Shown here piece after piece: positions 42,569-50,840 of a stretch of 64,000 bases of DNA (position 1 is its first letter; each line of letters starts with the position of its first letter). Both the position numbers and the translations under genes were made by a program. The notes below the pieces were generated by a model. That model did no database searches. It had not been told where the DNA came from and saw only the letters and a program-made list of their open reading frames with translations. Origin of the DNA: an uncultured bacterium (lineage in GTDB: Bacteria > Patescibacteriota > Minisyncoccia > Phycocordibacterales > Phycocordibacteraceae); the NCBI GenBank assembly GCA_947085505.1, contig CAMTWI010000004.1, positions 129,800 through 193,799 of the forward strand. The letters are read 5' to 3'.

Positions 42569-43660
42569 ATGACATACACCCCATTAAAGACACTAAGCAT
42601 ATTAGCCATTATGGCACTCGCGTTTATCCCGTTCACTGCGTCAGCAGCAAGCTCAAGAGTATCCTGCGAACTCACCGTTACAACGTCCTTTGACGACGCA
42701 TCCTTTAAGAAGAAAGGGAAGATCCTTGTGCAGAAGGGCGACGAGGTTACTATTGCGTGGGAAGGAAAGAATGCCACGAAGGTTATTGATCGAGACAAAG
42801 ACGAGGTGCATCTCAAAGACTCGATAACCGTTACTCCAGACAAAGACGAGACATACTCCTTCCAATTTACCGACAATAGAAGGAAGACAGACTGTTCAGT
42901 TGAACTCGTTGTTGTTGATGCCCTAATAGACGAAGACACTCTCCAAACAGGCAAAGCAAAGCCGACCATTTCAGGTGAGGCTATAGGTGCTAAATCTGTA
43001 TACCTCCTTATTACAGACGAGAACAGAAAGACTGCATTCAAAAGTAGAAACATCCGCACAAAAGATGGCGATTGGATGACGCATGTTACTAAAAGCCTCA
43101 AGGACGGGTCCTATGACGTGACGCTCTTTGGGGATAAGCGTGCCAACATAAACATCATCGCTACGAGCACGCTCGTTATTGGAGATGGCTCAACCTCTGC
43201 AAGCAACTCTTCAACCAAGAAGGGAGGCATGCTTGCTATTAGCCCAATAGCACTTCTCTCAGGAGGAAACGCGGTCCCTGGCGCATCAGTTCCCGTGGTC
43301 TACATTAAGGTAGCGAATCCAGGAAAGGATGCCGCCTCTATTGATGGGTTCACCCTGAAGCAAAACGGTTCTGCTTCCACCAACGCGATACTGAGCTTCT
43401 CAACTAATGACGACAAGAGCGGTTCTCGCTTCACAACGTCTGGAGCAGGTCTCTTCAAGAATGGTCATACGTTCGTAGGTCTTCCGGCTACTATCCCCCC
43501 GGGCCAGTTCCGCATCTTCACGATTAAGGCCAACTTGAACTCGACAAGCGGTATATCCGCGGGACAGACGCTCATGCTTGATGTTGCCTCAGTTACCTCT
43601 GGTGCAGCACTTGGCGGTTCGTTCCCAATTAAGGGAGTGACGTGGACCCTCACAAACTAA
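42569..43660 (+). CDS. secreted beta-rich hypothetical protein
   Basis: Start at MTYTPLKTLSILAIMALAFIPFTASA (signal peptide); Ig-like beta-rich composition. Confidence 0.6.
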   Translation: MTYTPLKTLSILAIMALAFIPFTASAASSRVSCELTVTTSFDDASFKKKGKILVQKGDEVTIAWEGKNATKVIDRDKDEVHLKDSITVTPDKDETYSFQFTDNRRKTDCSVELVVVDALIDEDTLQTGKAKPTISGEAIGAKSVYLLITDENRKTAFKSRNIRTKDGDWMTHVTKSLKDGSYDVTLFGDKRANINIIATSTLVIGDGSTSASNSSTKKGGMLAISPIALLSGGNAVPGASVPVVYIKVANPGKDAASIDGFTLKQNGSASTNAILSFSTNDDKSGSRFTTSGAGLFKNGHTFVGLPATIPPGQFRIFTIKANLNSTSGISAGQTLMLDVASVTSGAALGGSFPIKGVTWTLTN

Positions 43661-43725
43661 ACACACTGTAGAAGGAATAAAGGGGGCTACTGCCTCCTTT
43701 TTTCTTTTACTGTAGAATTGAGTAA

Positions 43726-44574
43726 ATGGAGACCCAGATACTGCTTTTCTATAAATATGTAACCGTTGAGGACCCCGAGACCCTCGCGTCATGGCTACGC
43801 ACTCGCTGTTCTGAGCATAATCTCGTTGGACGTATTCTCGTGGCGGAGGAGGGTCTAAACGGCACTGTAGAGGGCACCGTTGAGAACACGGAGAGATTCG
43901 CTCACGAGCTTGTTAAAGACGCACGATTCAGCGACATGAAGGTAAAGCGGAGTGTAGGCACTGGGAAAGGATTCCCGAAGCTTTCTGTTAAAGTCCGAAA
44001 GGAAATTGTCGGGACACAGTTCCCAGCAACGGTTGATCCCCGAGTTCGTACGGCTACGCACCTTGCTCCCGAGGAACTTCGACGGTGGTACGAAGAGGGG
44101 AAGGACTTCGTTATCGTCGACATGCGTAATGATTACGAATTCCAGTCAGGGCACTTCAAGGACTCTATTAATCCAGGACTTGAGAATTCCCGCGATCTCC
44201 CGAAGGCGCTTCCTAAGCTCGAAGGACTCAAAGAGAAGACCGTCCTTACGGTGTGCACCGGCGGCGTACGCTGCGAGAAAATGTCAGCCCTTCTTCTTGA
44301 GAATGGCTTTTCTGACGTATACCAGCTTGATAACGGGATACACGGGTACATGGAGAAGTACCCTGGGCAGGATTTTGTTGGGGGACTTTATACGTTTGAT
44401 GATCGTAAGGTCATGCACTTTGGCGGAGACCGGGAGATCGTTGGGCGGTGCCATTTCTGCCAGGCTCCAACGGAGAAATACGTAAACTGTGCCAACGATT
44501 TCTGCCACCTCCATTTCCTTGTTTGTGAGGGCTGCAGCAGCTCACGGAGCGTATTCTGCTCCAGGGTCTGCTAA
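43726..44574 (+). CDS. trhO: rhodanese-domain protein of the UPF0176/TrhO (YceA) family
   Basis: N-terminal ILLFYKY, rhodanese active-site loop CTGGVRCEK, C-terminal Cys cluster. Confidence 0.8.
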   Translation: METQILLFYKYVTVEDPETLASWLRTRCSEHNLVGRILVAEEGLNGTVEGTVENTERFAHELVKDARFSDMKVKRSVGTGKGFPKLSVKVRKEIVGTQFPATVDPRVRTATHLAPEELRRWYEEGKDFVIVDMRNDYEFQSGHFKDSINPGLENSRDLPKALPKLEGLKEKTVLTVCTGGVRCEKMSALLLENGFSDVYQLDNGIHGYMEKYPGQDFVGGLYTFDDRKVMHFGGDREIVGRCHFCQAPTEKYVNCANDFCHLHFLVCEGCSSSRSVFCSRVC

Positions 44575-44615
44575 CCACATGCAATCTTCATGAAGTTCAT
44601 GCGTATACTGTACGT

Positions 44616-44939
44616 ATGATACTTTCACTAATTCTTGGTTTTCTTTTGGGTGTTGCAGCACTTTTATTCGCTCTTCAGAACACCGCTGTTGTTGAACTCT
44701 CGTTTATGGGGTGGCAGTTCGAAAGCTCGCTTGCGCTCCTTATCCTTATGGCATTCGCTGCCGGAATTGTGGTGAGTCTCCTTGTCTCTATTCCTTCTGC
44801 AGTTAAGGACAGCTTCCGCATTGGCGGCTTGAAGAAGGAGAATAAGAAGCTTGTTAACGAAGTAAATGAGTCTCGCCGTGTGAGTCAGGCTGTTGCGGAC
44901 GATGCCATTCCACAGGTGCTCGATATTCGTAACCCCTAA
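44616..44939 (+). CDS. LapA-domain (DUF1049-like) membrane protein
   Basis: Two TM helices followed by a charged coiled tail. TATACT-N6-ATG. Confidence 0.6.
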   Translation: MILSLILGFLLGVAALLFALQNTAVVELSFMGWQFESSLALLILMAFAAGIVVSLLVSIPSAVKDSFRIGGLKKENKKLVNEVNESRRVSQAVADDAIPQVLDIRNP

Positions 44940-45427
44940 TGGAAAAGAAAGCATATCTCGCGGGAGGATGCTTCTGGGGACTAGAGGAGCTCTTTCGGGA
45001 GCAAGAGGGAGTTCTTAGTATTGAAGCCGGGTATACCGGCGGCGAGAATGAGAACCCTACCTACGAAAATCATCCTGGACATGCTGAGGCACTTGAAATA
45101 ACCTACGACTCTGAGAAGACGTCGTTCAAGAAAATCCTCGACTTCTTCTTTCAGATTCATAACCCAACGACCTTGAATCGACAAGGGAATGATGTGGGGT
45201 CCTCATACCGTTCTGCGATCTTCTATCAAGACGAAGAAGAGCGGAAAGAGGGCCAGGACTTCATACGTCTTGTTAATGAGTCCGGACGATGGGGTGACCC
45301 TGTCGTTACGACCTTAGAGCCGTTTACTCAGTTCTATAGAGCAGAAGAGGAACATCAAGACTATCTTCAAAAGAACCCAGGCGGCTATACCTGCCATGCT
45401 ATCTATTTCGATAGCTACCTGGGGTAA
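44939..45427 (+). CDS. msrA: peptide-methionine (S)-S-oxide reductase
   Basis: GGCFWGLEE active-site motif; 162 aa. Confidence 0.93.
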   Translation: MEKKAYLAGGCFWGLEELFREQEGVLSIEAGYTGGENENPTYENHPGHAEALEITYDSEKTSFKKILDFFFQIHNPTTLNRQGNDVGSSYRSAIFYQDEEERKEGQDFIRLVNESGRWGDPVVTTLEPFTQFYRAEEEHQDYLQKNPGGYTCHAIYFDSYLG

Positions 45428-45436
45428 CATATATCT

Positions 45437-46000
45437 ATGAAAGCAAACTTAATTCTCGCCGTGCTTGTGATCGCTGCTATTGGCGCTGCTCTCTGGTTTA
45501 TGACCAAATCTGAGAAGCAGGCAGTAGTAATTAACGATTCTGAAATCCGTTCCTTTGCTGACTGTGCCGCGGTATATCCTGTAATGGAGAGCTACCCTCG
45601 CCAGTGCAAGACCAATGATGGCCGTACCTATGCGGAAGAGCTGCCACCGCCGGATCCAACGTATGTGAACGCGTCAGCTGACCTGATCCGTGTTACTACC
45701 CCAACACCAGCGTCTGTAACAGGGAAGCCAATTATCGTAAAGGGTGAGGCTCGTGGCAGTTGGTACTTCGAAGCATCCTTCCCGATTGAAGTACGTGACA
45801 GTGCAGGCTCAGTTATCGCAACCGGATACGCTCAGGCGCAAGGGGAGTGGATGACGTCTGAGTTTGTGCCGTTCGTAGGAACCATTCAAATTCCAGAGAC
45901 GTACATCGGTGAAGCCGTCCTCGTCTTTATGAATGACAACCCGTCTGGCATGGCAGAGAACGCTCGCTCAGTTTCATTTCCCATTACTATTGAGTACTAA
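45437..46000 (+). CDS. membrane-anchored protein with a Gmad2-like Ig domain
   Basis: N-terminal TM helix. C-terminal VKGEARGSWYFEASFPIEVRD...GEWMTSEFVPF pattern. Confidence 0.6.
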   Translation: MKANLILAVLVIAAIGAALWFMTKSEKQAVVINDSEIRSFADCAAVYPVMESYPRQCKTNDGRTYAEELPPPDPTYVNASADLIRVTTPTPASVTGKPIIVKGEARGSWYFEASFPIEVRDSAGSVIATGYAQAQGEWMTSEFVPFVGTIQIPETYIGEAVLVFMNDNPSGMAENARSVSFPITIEY

Positions 46001-46007
46001 CTCATAA

Positions 46008-46056
46008 AAGAAAGCAGAAGCCGCCGCAACCAACACGGGTGCGGCGGCTGTCTTTC
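46008..46056. terminator. bidirectional terminator
   Basis: AGAAGCCGCCGCA...TGCGGCGGCTGTCT flanked by A-rich and T-rich runs. Confidence 0.65.
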
Positions 46057-46061
46057 TGATG

Positions 46062-46385
46062 CTATGCGAATCGATCGGCAGCTGAAAATATCTCCTCAAC
46101 GGTTGATCTATACCCGCCGTACTGAATCGCAAGGGCAACTGCAGCCACATTGTTCGAGACCCCAAGCTTTGAAAGCAGTCTGCGAATTTGGGTTCTCACG
46201 GTCTCAACCGAGCTACCTTTCTTCGTAGCAATTCCTTCAGCGGTTAGGCCGTGACACATAAACGCTAGGACTATGCGCTCATGTGGAGTAAGTGATTCGA
46301 GTCCGTCTTGTGTCCGCCCTTTGAGTTCAAGACACGTAGCTTCTGGAAAAAGGTTGTCGATAACAATACTGGCACTGGCACGCAT
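46062..46385 (-). CDS. LuxR/GerE-type HTH transcriptional regulator (no receiver domain)
   Basis: Start at MRASASIV. C-terminal LTPHERIVLAFMCHGLTAEGIATKKGSSVETVRTQIRRLLSKLGV. Confidence 0.7.
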   Translation of the reverse strand: MRASASIVIDNLFPEATCLELKGRTQDGLESLTPHERIVLAFMCHGLTAEGIATKKGSSVETVRTQIRRLLSKLGVSNNVAAVALAIQYGGYRSTVEEIFSAADRFA

Positions 46386-46540
46386 ACAATTACTTTCTAA
46401 TGAACAGGTCGTACATATAATACTACAAAAACATACGTACGTAAAGTATTCAAGCTGACTCGATATAGTTGTGTATATTGTGTGGAAAAATGCACAAGTT
46501 GTGTATTGTCGCTCATACAGACGGGGTGTACGATACATCT

Positions 46541-47233
46541 ATGACAAAGCTCGTTGCACTCACTCCAGCACAGAAAGAAACACTCACGCTTATTCAAAAA
46601 CACACGGAGAAGCATGGACAGGCTCCAACCATCACGGAGATGCGTGACACACTGAAGCTCCGTTCACTCAGAAGTGTTACGCAGCGTATCGAGAGCCTTG
46701 AGAAGAAGGGACTTATAACAAGGAATCGTTTTCAGCATCGCGGCATCGCTCTTCTTGAAGGCGTGGGGTCCCAGCTTTCGTCCGACCTCATCCAGGTCCC
46801 GGTTATAGCCTCCGCTGGTTGCGACGCTATGGATGTGTATGCAGAGCAAAGCTTCGGCGAGTACATCGTTATAGACCGAAGCCTCATTGGAGGCCGTCGA
46901 GAGAGCACGAATATCGCAGCGGTACGCGCCGTAGGGGACTCCATGCAGGATGCAGGGATCCATAGCGGCGACTACGTTATCGTTGAGGTTACGGATCAAG
47001 TTGAGAATGGGGACAGGGTAGTGGCCATCCTCGGAAACATGGCTGTTATTAAGCGCTTTGAGCGGGTTGATGAGGTTGTATACCTCAATCCTGAGAATAG
47101 ATACGGTACCTATCACCCGATTGTTGTGCGTGAAGAGGATTCAAAGGTGTTTGGGAAGGTTCTTTCAATAATCCCTGGCACTGAGTGGGTGGACGATATT
47201 AAGATTGAGTACTATACCGAGCAGGCGCTCTAG
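46541..47233 (+). CDS. lexA: LexA-family repressor (S24 peptidase)
   Basis: N-terminal winged HTH (LTPAQKETLTLIQKH...PTITEM). S24 catalytic region AVGDSM...VVAILGNMAVIKRF. Confidence 0.88.
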   Translation: MTKLVALTPAQKETLTLIQKHTEKHGQAPTITEMRDTLKLRSLRSVTQRIESLEKKGLITRNRFQHRGIALLEGVGSQLSSDLIQVPVIASAGCDAMDVYAEQSFGEYIVIDRSLIGGRRESTNIAAVRAVGDSMQDAGIHSGDYVIVEVTDQVENGDRVVAILGNMAVIKRFERVDEVVYLNPENRYGTYHPIVVREEDSKVFGKVLSIIPGTEWVDDIKIEYYTEQAL

Positions 47234-47237
47234 ATAC

Positions 47238-47270
47238 GAAAACACCCCGCGTTATGCGGGGTGTTTTCTA
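47238..47270 (+). terminator. intrinsic terminator after lexA
   Basis: GAAAACACCCCGC-GTTAT-GCGGGGTGTTTTC. Confidence 0.85.
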
Positions 47271-47886
47271 TCACTCAAGATCTAGATAGATCTAGTCTGC
47301 GATAGACAGGGAAGTGAGACTCCCCTAACCATAAGAGATTAACTCTTTGGGGAGTAAGGCCAGGGGTGGGCCAGAAAGATAAAGCTTCACCAGAAGTGTC
47401 GAAACACATACATCAATGCCCTCAGGGGGAACGCATAGGTGAATGAAAGACAAGTTCATGCACAATAAGCACACTTATTTGCCAGAATACAGCCCAGTGT
47501 TTAGGTAGATTGTACTACGCAAAAGATATATTGTACGAAGTACATTCAAGAAGCTCCCAGAAGGGCTTTAGATCTCAATTATTGCTTTCCTGCCTAGGGA
47601 CCTTTTGTACTTCTCTATTCCCTCTTAAGGTATCTCCTTCAGCCGGACCTGCCTCCGGAATTTCCTCTGCATGATTAGTGGTGCGCTAATTTGCACAAAA
47701 GGGACCACTTCCCCGATTTCAAAAAAAGAGGTCCGGGGAAGTGGTTTATAGGACTTTACTGAAGACACTTCCCTGCCTCGGCTTCACTTTTTGAATTACT
47801 TCTAAGGGTGTGCGATTTACACGGAAAGGAGTGCTGCTATGTCATCTATCGAAGAGTGGAAACACTCCCGGCCCTTTTCTATATCT

Positions 47887-47970
47887 GTAAACAACAAACT
47901 GCCCGTGAAGGCAGTTTGTGTGATGGTAGCCACCATCTCGGTCCGGTTTCCTGTTGTACCAGGGGCCGGA
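47887..47970 (-). ncRNA. candidate ~85-nt small RNA (three hairpins ending in an intrinsic terminator)
   Basis: On the minus strand, TGtTAGTAT (47977-47985) is followed 7 nt later by three hairpins. H1 is UCCGG..CCUG-GUACAA-CAGG..CCGGA. H2 is GAUGGU-GGCU-ACCAUC. H3 is AAACUGCC-UUCACG-GGCAGUUU followed by GUUGUUU. Confidence 0.35.
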
Positions 47971-47994
47971 ATCCGCATACTAACACCTTGTCTC

Positions 47995-48117
47995 CTACCG
48001 CGCTTTCTTTCCGTAGTACGTGGCACGCACCGGCTTTTTCACTCCCTTACTCGAAAACCCAGTAGGACTTCCCTTCGGAATCCATGCTGGTGCTGGTTTC
48101 TTCTTTGGTGCATCCAT
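47995..48117 (-). CDS. possible 40-aa basic peptide
   Basis: The ATG lies 2 nt after the stop of the 48120 gene. Sequence MDAPKKKPAPAWIPKGSPTGFSSKGVKKPVRATYYGKKAR. No SD; speculative. Confidence 0.2.
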   Translation of the reverse strand: MDAPKKKPAPAWIPKGSPTGFSSKGVKKPVRATYYGKKAR

Positions 48118-48119
48118 AA

Positions 48120-48323
48120 CTATTTCTTAGTCTGTCGATCGCGCCAGCCGAGCGTATACAGAAATAGTACAAGCGGAATAAGCCAACCCATAAGTTCAGG
48201 GAATGTGTAGTTCGCCGTGTAGTGCGAGTAGCTTGCCTTCTCGATAGACCAGAACGTTGCAACAGCTCCAAACACCCACAGAACAATAAGTTGTGCTTTC
48301 GATATGCTGTAGAAGCGCTTCAT
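48120..48323 (-). CDS. small two-TM membrane protein
   Basis: 67-aa track ORF with two hydrophobic helices. Confidence 0.45.
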   Translation of the reverse strand: MKRFYSISKAQLIVLWVFGAVATFWSIEKASYSHYTANYTFPELMGWLIPLVLFLYTLGWRDRQTKK

Positions 48324-48329
48324 GATTCC

Positions 48330-48473
48330 CTACCCTTTAGTTGCAACAATGAGCACATGAAGAAGACTAATTAGCGTGCTGGCAAATCCGGTCCAGAATG
48401 CATATACCTCAAGTCCAGGGCCCCTGACCTTTGTCTTGTGAGCAGAGTGCTTCTTCGTCTTGTGGCGTTGCAT
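48330..48473 (-). CDS. small tail-anchored membrane protein, paralog of the 48513 ORF
   Basis: Hand-translated 47 aa: MQRHKTKKHSAHKTKVRGPGLEVYAFWTGFASTLISLLHVLIVATKG. Shares KKH...YAFxTG...LxSLxHxxIV with its neighbour. Confidence 0.35.
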   Translation of the reverse strand: MQRHKTKKHSAHKTKVRGPGLEVYAFWTGFASTLISLLHVLIVATKG

Positions 48474-48512
48474 GGATCGTGCGTAGGCTTGTATACACAT
48501 CAGGATATCACG

Positions 48513-48671
48513 CTACCGAATGATTGTGACGATGAGGTGCACGAGGGACACTAACATTCCCATAACACCCGTCAGGAACGCGTACTTTCGTAAACGTTCA
48601 CTCCTCGGATCGTGCTTCTTGCTATGAAGCGCTTTCGAGATTAGACGTTTCTGGCTGTAGTCGAGTCCCAT
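48513..48671 (-). CDS. small tail-anchored membrane protein, paralog of the 48330 ORF
   Basis: Hand-translated 52 aa: MGLDYSQKRLISKALHSKKHDPRSERLRKYAFLTGVMGMLVSLVHLIVTIIR. Confidence 0.35.
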   Translation of the reverse strand: MGLDYSQKRLISKALHSKKHDPRSERLRKYAFLTGVMGMLVSLVHLIVTIIR

Positions 48672-48681
48672 ATGCGTATGG

Positions 48682-49476
48682 CTAGCAATCGGTAACGGTC
48701 TTTTTGATGTAGTCGAACGCTTCGTCTACAGAATCAACAACATGGAAGAGTGCAAGGTCCTCTTCGCTAATAGTTGCATACCCCTCGAGAAGATGTGTTC
48801 GGAACATCTCCACAACTGGCTCCCAAAATCCCTTTCCGTAGAGCACGATTGGAATCTGCTTAATCTTCTTGGTCTGCACCAGCGTGAGAATCTCAGTGAA
48901 CTCGTCAAGTGTGCCGTAGCCACCCGGGAAATAAATATAGACACGCGATGCAAATGCGAGCATCACTTTGCGCACAAAGAAGTGCTCGAAAGTAAATGAA
49001 TCAGTCAGGTACGAATTGTTAGCTTGGTTGTCCTCAAGCCGAATATTAAGACCGATGGATGAGCCACCAGCATCATGTGCACCCTTGTTCCCTGCCTCCA
49101 TGATCCCGGCCGAACCGCCTGTAATAACGGCGTAGCCTTCCTTGGCGAGTCTTGCCGAAAGTTCAACGGCCTCCTGGTAGTAATGATGATCGGGCTGCGT
49201 GCGGACACTTCCGAAGAACGTTGCAGCAAGGCCGTACTTCTTCAAGAGATCAAACCCGTCAACGAACTCCGCCATAATCTTAAAGACTCTCCAGCTCTCA
49301 ATCTGCGTAGGCTTGCAAACAAGTGGCGCTGGATTATTTGGTACGTCGTGCTTCCCTTCCTCAATAGCGCGCGTAAGAACGTTTCCCATTTCCTGGTTAC
49401 GCTCCTGCGTAGACTCCCCTTCATCAGGGGCGTACAGACTCATTGTTGGTGTCGTAATTATCGGTTCGTCTCCCAT
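48682..49476 (-). CDS. LOG/TIGR00730 family nucleotide 5'-monophosphate nucleosidase
   Basis: GGSAGIMEAGNKGA and PGGYGTLDEFTE motifs. An ~70-aa N-terminal extension is present. The start is ambiguous (49476 or 49443). Confidence 0.85.
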   Translation of the reverse strand: MGDEPIITTPTMSLYAPDEGESTQERNQEMGNVLTRAIEEGKHDVPNNPAPLVCKPTQIESWRVFKIMAEFVDGFDLLKKYGLAATFFGSVRTQPDHHYYQEAVELSARLAKEGYAVITGGSAGIMEAGNKGAHDAGGSSIGLNIRLEDNQANNSYLTDSFTFEHFFVRKVMLAFASRVYIYFPGGYGTLDEFTEILTLVQTKKIKQIPIVLYGKGFWEPVVEMFRTHLLEGYATISEEDLALFHVVDSVDEAFDYIKKTVTDC

Positions 49477-50063
49477 GGAATATCAAATGAACTAAAGTCG
49501 GACAATAGTTTTTTATTATACGCTATGCGTGAAATTACCTCCGCATGACAATACGCGCCAGTGAGCGCATTATGTGGCTTTGGTTCTCCCGGCACACCGC
49601 AGTACGCGAGTGCCGCATCAAGATTTATTGCAGAGTGCTCGTTTCTTGTTGGTGGCTCAATATCACGCGTAACCATATGCAACCAGGTAATCGAATGAAC
49701 GTCGATGGTCCGCTTTGCGAATGGACACTCGATACCTGCGCGCTTGCATGCCGCTTGTACGAACTCTAAATCAAAGGACACGTTCTGTGCCGCTAACGTT
49801 CGCTCTTTCGGCCGGTCCATAGCCCACGCGACAAACGCTCGAATGAGACCTTCCTCAGTCTGCTTCTTTGAGCCCTGGTCCACGACCTCTTCCCTCTTAA
49901 ATCCGTTTATGGCAAGTGCCTCGTCTTCAATCTCTGCCCCGTCCCATACCTGGCACTCCTCGTAGAACTGGTTTGTCGGGTCATTGAGATCGAGTGCTCC
50001 CAATGAAAGGATGGAGTGTCTTTCTGGCACGAGGCCGGTTGTCTCAACATCGAGTACTATCAT
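49458..50063 (-). CDS. DEDDh 3'-5' exonuclease (DnaQ/RNase T-like)
   Basis: MIVLDVETTGL, VSFDLEF and HNALTGAYCHAE motifs. Confidence 0.85.
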   Translation of the reverse strand: MIVLDVETTGLVPERHSILSLGALDLNDPTNQFYEECQVWDGAEIEDEALAINGFKREEVVDQGSKKQTEEGLIRAFVAWAMDRPKERTLAAQNVSFDLEFVQAACKRAGIECPFAKRTIDVHSITWLHMVTRDIEPPTRNEHSAINLDAALAYCGVPGEPKPHNALTGAYCHAEVISRIAYNKKLLSDFSSFDIPWETNR

Positions 50064-50077
50064 TTCCCTATTCTACC

Positions 50078-50500
50078 CTAGAGCCCCGGACAGTTTGCAG
50101 CCGGACCATACCCTGCAGCTTCAGCCTCTGCTTTCGTCTGGAACCAAACGATATTTTCTGGCTTTATCCGCTTCGCACTCCCACAAGTCGGTAGATAGTA
50201 CTTGGTACCGTTCTTTGAGGCTAAGTACGTCCCCGATGTAGCCACAGGAATTGCAGGCTTAGCTACTTTCACGGCTTCTATGGCGGCCGCAGGGCCTCTA
50301 GCGCTCGGAAGCGGCTTCTCCGGGAGCTGCTCTATCCAGAATCCGTCCTTGCCTTCTGCTTTAACCATATCTTTCCCAGCGAGGACCCCAAGCCCGAAGG
50401 CCAAGGTCGCGGAGAGGATGAGCACTAAAACAACGAGGATATCAGGCGGAATACGGCCTAGGAGCGCCTTGCCTCTCTGTGTACCGTCTGCTATAGTCAT
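50078..50500 (-). CDS. membrane-anchored protein with a C-terminal YYLPxC...AGY...C motif
   Basis: Start at MTIADGTQ; one TM helix. The C-terminal KYYLPTCGSAKRIKPENIVWFQTKAEAEAAGYGPAANC resembles Ada-like/'sunset' Zn-binding tails. Confidence 0.55.
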   Translation of the reverse strand: MTIADGTQRGKALLGRIPPDILVVLVLILSATLAFGLGVLAGKDMVKAEGKDGFWIEQLPEKPLPSARGPAAAIEAVKVAKPAIPVATSGTYLASKNGTKYYLPTCGSAKRIKPENIVWFQTKAEAEAAGYGPAANCPGL

Positions 50501-50520
50501 ACCTAAGTAAAGTATAACGT

Positions 50521-50799
50521 ATGGCAAGTACAAAGGCTGGAGGATCAGCAAAAAACCTCAATGATTCGAACCCGAAGTTCCTCGGGGTTAAGCTTTCTGA
50601 TGGCCAGGCAGCTCGCCCAGGCATGATTATCGTGCGCCAGCGCGGTACCAAGATCGAGGCAGGCAAGAACGTAAAGGTTGGCCATGACCACACCCTCTAC
50701 TCCATGGTTGTGGGTAAGGTCTCCTTCCGTAGCCGCCGCAAGACCAACTTTGATGGACGTGTTGTCCAAAAGAAAGTTGTGGACGTGGTTCCAGCGTAA
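50521..50799 (+). CDS. rpmA: 50S ribosomal protein L27
   Basis: [12 protein letters not shown]...IIVRQRGTK...[14 protein letters not shown]. Confidence 0.95.
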   Translation: MASTKAGGSAKNLNDSNPKFLGVKLSDGQAARPGMIIVRQRGTKIEAGKNVKVGHDHTLYSMVVGKVSFRSRRKTNFDGRVVQKKVVDVVPA

Positions 50800-50810
50800 G
50801 CCACACATAC

Positions 50811-50840
50811 GAAAAAGCCGCCTTAGAGCGGCCTTTTTCG
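50811..50840 (+). terminator. intrinsic terminator after rpmA
   Basis: AAAAAGCCGC-CTTAGA-GCGGCCTTTTT. Confidence 0.75.

Noticed and set aside
47271-48120. RNase P RNA, tmRNA, SRP RNA or a group II intron in the ORF-poor region
   Set aside because: I could not find the diagnostic strings on either strand: GGAAAGTCCGG plus ACAGAA..GGCTTA for RNase P; a tRNA-like TTCGA T-arm with a CCA end and a tag ORF for tmRNA; the GGAA-capped helix 8 motif for SRP; domain V and an RT ORF for group II introns. A partial resemblance (GGGAAGTCC, GTAAGGGAGTGAAAAAG on the minus strand) has the wrong spacing. Only a covariance-model search can settle this.
47839-48210. 123-aa plus-strand ORF with a good SD (AGGAG 7 nt upstream)
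   Set aside because: Its composition is Cys/Arg/Ser-rich with no motifs. It runs through a series of perfect RNA hairpins and overlaps the 48120-48323 gene by ~90 nt on the opposite strand. It is left unannotated, but proteomics could revive it.
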